The position numbers and the translations under genes are program-made. From an uncultured Candidatus Saccharibacteria bacterium (GTDB taxonomy: Bacteria; Patescibacteriota; Minisyncoccia; Phycocordibacterales; SBAW01), in assembly GCA_964615415.1 (NCBI GenBank), contig CAZTNI010000001.1, positions 240,746 through 304,745 of the forward strand: 64,000 nt of DNA, read 5' to 3'. Positions 61,298 to 64,000 of this stretch are shown here, one piece after another. Every line of letters starts with the position of its first letter. Within the stretch, counting starts at the first letter, position 1. Under the pieces are notes generated by a model. That model saw only the letters and a program-made list of their open reading frames with translations, ran no database searches and was not told the DNA's origin.

Positions 61298-61985
61298 GAG
61301 CGGTGTTCTGGTACGACGGCCTACTGCATCGCCGCTGTGGCGTATTGCAGCTATTGTAGTTGGGTTGGGTGTCGTGTGTGTGGGTGCAGTCGACGTGTTT
61401 GGCCGGCTTGAAGAGAAGGTTGCTGCATTCGACCTAGGATCGATAGGATTTTTAGCATTTGCGCCGGTGGCTGTTGCAAATGATCCGTCTTTGGTAACCA
61501 GGGTGACGGGAGAGCCAGCTCCTGTTGTTGCGGAGCCACTCGTGCCGCTCTATGTGCGTATCCCTGCTATTGGTGTTGATGCGCTCGTAGAAGCCGTAGG
61601 GAAGAAACCGAACGGCGCCATGGACACGCCGAAGAAGTTTGATGAAGTCGCGTGGTACTCCTTAGGTAGTAAGCCAGGGGCAGCGGGTAATGCTGTATTT
61701 GCTGGGCATGTTAACAATGCGCTAAACCTCGACGGGGTGTTTGCGCACCTGCAGGATGTAGAGGTAGGCACCACCATAGAGGTAGAAGGAACGCATGGCG
61801 AGGTGCTTACGTACGAGGTTGTGGATATACAGACCTATAAGGTAGATGAGGCCCCTTTAGAGGAGATTTTTCGCATTACAGGGCCCTCCCAGATCGTTTT
61901 GATTACCTGTGAGGGGGAGTGGAATTCGGCCGTACGCTCCTACGACGAGCGGCTCGTGGTGGTTGCTAAGCTCCTTCCGTTATGA
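61263..61985 (+). CDS. Sortase family transpeptidase
   Basis: TLxTC active site (QIVLITCEGEW), a conserved His (FAGHVNN) and a C-terminal Arg. The gene overlaps the end of the LPXTG substrate gene. Confidence 0.75.
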   Translation: MSKEPLLLPSAKSGVLVRRPTASPLWRIAAIVVGLGVVCVGAVDVFGRLEEKVAAFDLGSIGFLAFAPVAVANDPSLVTRVTGEPAPVVAEPLVPLYVRIPAIGVDALVEAVGKKPNGAMDTPKKFDEVAWYSLGSKPGAAGNAVFAGHVNNALNLDGVFAHLQDVEVGTTIEVEGTHGEVLTYEVVDIQTYKVDEAPLEEIFRITGPSQIVLITCEGEWNSAVRSYDERLVVVAKLLPL

Positions 61986-62093
61986 TAGTTTGAGGGCGTT
62001 CAGTAGTAAGTTCTCCAACCGGGCACTTTGTGCAATTGGGCGGGAGGGTCGCCTTACGAAAGAACATAAGTAATCCAATTGTTTTCGCGTAAT

Positions 62094-62345
62094 ATGGCAC
62101 GCAAACTGTTCGTAGGTGGTCTTCCTTACCGCACTACTGGAGATGAGTTGAAAGACGCATTTTCAAAGGCTGGTGAGGTAGCATCTGCGTCTATTGTGAC
62201 CGATCGCGAGACTGGTCGCTCACGTGGCTTCGGCTTCGTAGAGATGGCAAACGATGGTGATGCTGACGGCGCAATTGCTATGTGGAATGGCAAGGAGCTC
62301 GGCGGTCGCACTCTCACAGTCTCCGACGCTCGCCCAAAGGCGTAA
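62094..62345 (+). CDS. RNA-binding protein with single RRM domain
   Basis: RNP-2 LFVGGL and RNP-1 RGFGFVEM. Confidence 0.85.
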   Translation: MARKLFVGGLPYRTTGDELKDAFSKAGEVASASIVTDRETGRSRGFGFVEMANDGDADGAIAMWNGKELGGRTLTVSDARPKA

Positions 62346-62461
62346 TCAGCTCTGCTGACTACACCTAAGGTATAGATCAAAACGCCGCATGAGCTTCTGC
62401 TCTGCGGCGTTTTGCATTACCATAAACAAGCTTCGACAAAACTTGTTTTGTTAAAGCCTGT

Positions 62462-63358
62462 ATGCCAAAACTTCTGACTGATTTAAAATCTTTTTATAAA
62501 ACACAGGGGAGGCATACGTTGCCGTGGCGCACAACGCACGACCCATACAAAATTTTAGTGTCGGAAATAATGCTGCAGCAAACCCAGGTTGCACGCGTGT
62601 TGCCGAAGTACGAGGAATTTATAACAGTTTTTCCTACAGCAAAAGCTCTAGCACAAGCACCACTTTCCAAAGTGCTCGGCCTCTGGAGCGGTTTAGGCTA
62701 CAACCGCCGCGCAAAATTTTTACAAGCGGCAGCAAAACAGTTAGCTCTCACAGAATCTCTTCCAGAAAAAGTCCTCGGTTCTCCCGTATCGGGCTCGAAG
62801 CCCTCTCGGGCCAGACTATTTTCTGGAAGAGATTCTGCTGCGCACCTGACGACGGAATTCTTAGAAAGTCTGCCGGGTGTGGGGCCGTACACGGCTCGGG
62901 CAGTTGCTGCTTTTGCGCACAATCGCAAGGAAGTCTTTGTCGAGACAAATATCCGCACCGTCTTCATTCACTACTGTTTTAAAAACCGGCGCAAACTCGA
63001 CTCCCTTATTTCCGACAAAGAGATTTTGCCCTTAGTGGAAGAGGCACTCAAGAAATCTCGGATGCAGCCGCGCGATTTTTATGCAGCGTTAATGGACTAT
63101 GGCTCGTACTTGAAGCAAAAAGGCATCAAGCTAAATATGCGCAGCAAGCACTACGCGAAGCAAAGTAAATTTAAGGGGTCGAATCGCGAACTGCGCGGCG
63201 CTATTTTAAAAGAGCTTCTTAAAAAACCCGCGTCAGTCGACGAGTTGGTCGAAGCGACTATGAGAGTAAAGTCTGAGGTAGTGCGCACACTGGCAGCACT
63301 TTCAAGCGAAGGGATTATTACACTCAAGAAAAATAAGTTTGCTATACTAGATTCATGA
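62462..63358 (+). CDS. HhH-GPD superfamily base-excision DNA glycosylase (MutY/Nth-like), apparently without the 4Fe-4S cysteine cluster
   Basis: N-terminal MutY-like WRTTHDPYKILVSEIMLQQT, HhH LPGVGPYTARAV, and a GPD region. No C-x6-C-x2-C-x5-C motif is present. Confidence 0.6.
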   Translation: MPKLLTDLKSFYKTQGRHTLPWRTTHDPYKILVSEIMLQQTQVARVLPKYEEFITVFPTAKALAQAPLSKVLGLWSGLGYNRRAKFLQAAAKQLALTESLPEKVLGSPVSGSKPSRARLFSGRDSAAHLTTEFLESLPGVGPYTARAVAAFAHNRKEVFVETNIRTVFIHYCFKNRRKLDSLISDKEILPLVEEALKKSRMQPRDFYAALMDYGSYLKQKGIKLNMRSKHYAKQSKFKGSNRELRGAILKELLKKPASVDELVEATMRVKSEVVRTLAALSSEGIITLKKNKFAILDS

Positions 63359-63648
63359 ACAGAAGTTTTAGGATTTTCCTCGCAGCCCTGTATGGTATTT
63401 TATTTGTTCCCGCTACGTACTTTGCGATGATTGTATATGGTCTTTCTGCTATGGATGCTGGGCCGCAGCTAACCCCCATCGTACTGAGCTTTATTGCGTT
63501 ACCAATCACGCTGCTTATTTCCTGCATTGGAGAAATCTGGGCAGCTTCGCGCGACAAGCACCATATGCGCTCATCCGCAGCAACATTTTTTGCAGTGTTG
63601 CCGTGGCTGGTCGTCGCTCTCATGGTCATGTTCCGCTTCGCACAATAA
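63355..63648 (+). CDS. Hypothetical membrane protein (97 aa, 3 TM)
   Basis: Hydrophobic ORF that overlaps the stop of the preceding gene. Confidence 0.45.
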   Translation: MNRSFRIFLAALYGILFVPATYFAMIVYGLSAMDAGPQLTPIVLSFIALPITLLISCIGEIWAASRDKHHMRSSAATFFAVLPWLVVALMVMFRFAQ

Positions 63649-63653
63649 AAATA

Positions 63654-63687
63654 AAAGACCGCCCCATATGTCTTGAGGCGGTCTTGT
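63654..63687. terminator. Bidirectional Rho-independent terminator
   Basis: AAAGACCGCCCCATATGTCTTGAGGCGGTCTT. Confidence 0.65.
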
Positions 63688-63696
63688 GAGGAGGGT

Positions 63697-63894
63697 TTAG
63701 AGCTTTTGAGCAAACATCGCCTCCGCTTCAGGAGTAATGGCGCGGACGACAACATGATGTTGCGTTGCAAGCAGGATGTTCGTTCTAAGCGTATCGGTAA
63801 TGTATCCTGCGCTCACAGTCGCTTCGTCGACCCCGACAAAAGCTTCGTCAGAGAGTAAGGGGGTATCGGGTTCGAGATGCAGCATGCGTGGCAT
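63697..63894 (-). CDS. Small hypothetical protein (65 aa)
   Basis: The ATG at 63894 is preceded by an AAAGGAGG SD. Confidence 0.45.
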   Translation of the reverse strand: MPRMLHLEPDTPLLSDEAFVGVDEATVSAGYITDTLRTNILLATQHHVVVRAITPEAEAMFAQKL

Positions 63895-64000
63895 GGTAGC
63901 CTCCTTTCCGTAAGAGCTGCTGGTTCCACTATACACAGTATGTATAAAAGAAAAAGGGCGCGCAGTTTTCACTGCGCGCCCTCGCCGGCCCCCGCCGACA

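Noticed and set aside
1-64000. CRISPR arrays, rRNA, transposases/IS elements, integrases
   Set aside because: I scanned for regularly spaced direct repeats, rRNA-like conserved blocks, DDE/tyrosine-recombinase motifs and terminal inverted repeats, and found none. The only repeat families are those reported: tRNA-Gln 3'-end copies, the terminator family, the promoter modules, the 39-bp DR, the GGGGTCTGACCCC motif, and internal RHS duplications.

Overview
This 64-kb window looks like a compact bacterial chromosome segment of about 50% GC. The gene content (two sortases and LPXTG-type substrates, FtsEX, RlmH, many small hypothetical membrane proteins, six tRNAs mostly without encoded CCA) is consistent with a small-genome monoderm bacterium, possibly Patescibacteria/CPR-like; that placement is inference only. 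Shine-Dalgarno sites of the AAGGAGG type and a sigma70-like TTGACAAA-N17-TATAAT promoter pattern can be read directly from the sequence. Housekeeping genes include a partial gatA C-terminus, prfB, ftsE/ftsX, pyrG, gdhA, lexA, msrB, a cyclophilin, rlmH, a DEAD-box helicase, a Fur-family regulator, a ZIP transporter, a CapA-family protein, a VanY-like carboxypeptidase and a GH18 hydrolase.

The accessory content is the more interesting part:
1. A 7-kb gene at 41.0-48.1 kb encodes a Tc-toxin/RHS-type polymorphic toxin: SpvB/TcB-like N-terminus, YD repeats, RHS core and a C-terminal domain I cannot assign. An AT-rich candidate immunity gene follows immediately.
2. Downstream, a low-GC mosaic island (48.5-53.4 kb) carries:
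   - a DUF2283-like small gene;
   - an A7 homopolymer-frameshifted gene;
   - a GC-rich nucleoside-2-deoxyribosyltransferase-like gene;
   - three tandem small TM proteins;
   - an alkyltransferase-like (PWHRIV) gene;
   - a DUF2726-type nuclease gene flanked by 39-bp direct repeats.
3. A cluster of six monocistronic small genes (53.4-56.3 kb), including a NADAR/YbiA-like protein and a SAM methyltransferase, each carries a near-identical promoter module and a member of a repeated GCCGCTCCC...GGGAGCGGCTTTTCTTTT terminator family.
4. At tRNA-Gln (14.18-15.2 kb) there are several direct and inverted copies of the tRNA 3' end around a DHFR-family gene, which looks like decayed att sites of an integrative element.
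5. A GC-rich, strongly structured 330-nt region (37.9-38.2 kb) sits between convergent genes and is a candidate ncRNA or structured 3' UTR.
6. Smaller items: a Fur-box-like palindrome between fur and a divergent CooC/MinD-like ATPase plus Cys-rich protein; palindromes upstream of lexA; an 798-aa epimerase/class-V aminotransferase fusion; a stand-alone HisI-like protein; an orphan receiver domain.

I did not see a CRISPR array, rRNA, transposase or integrase in the window.
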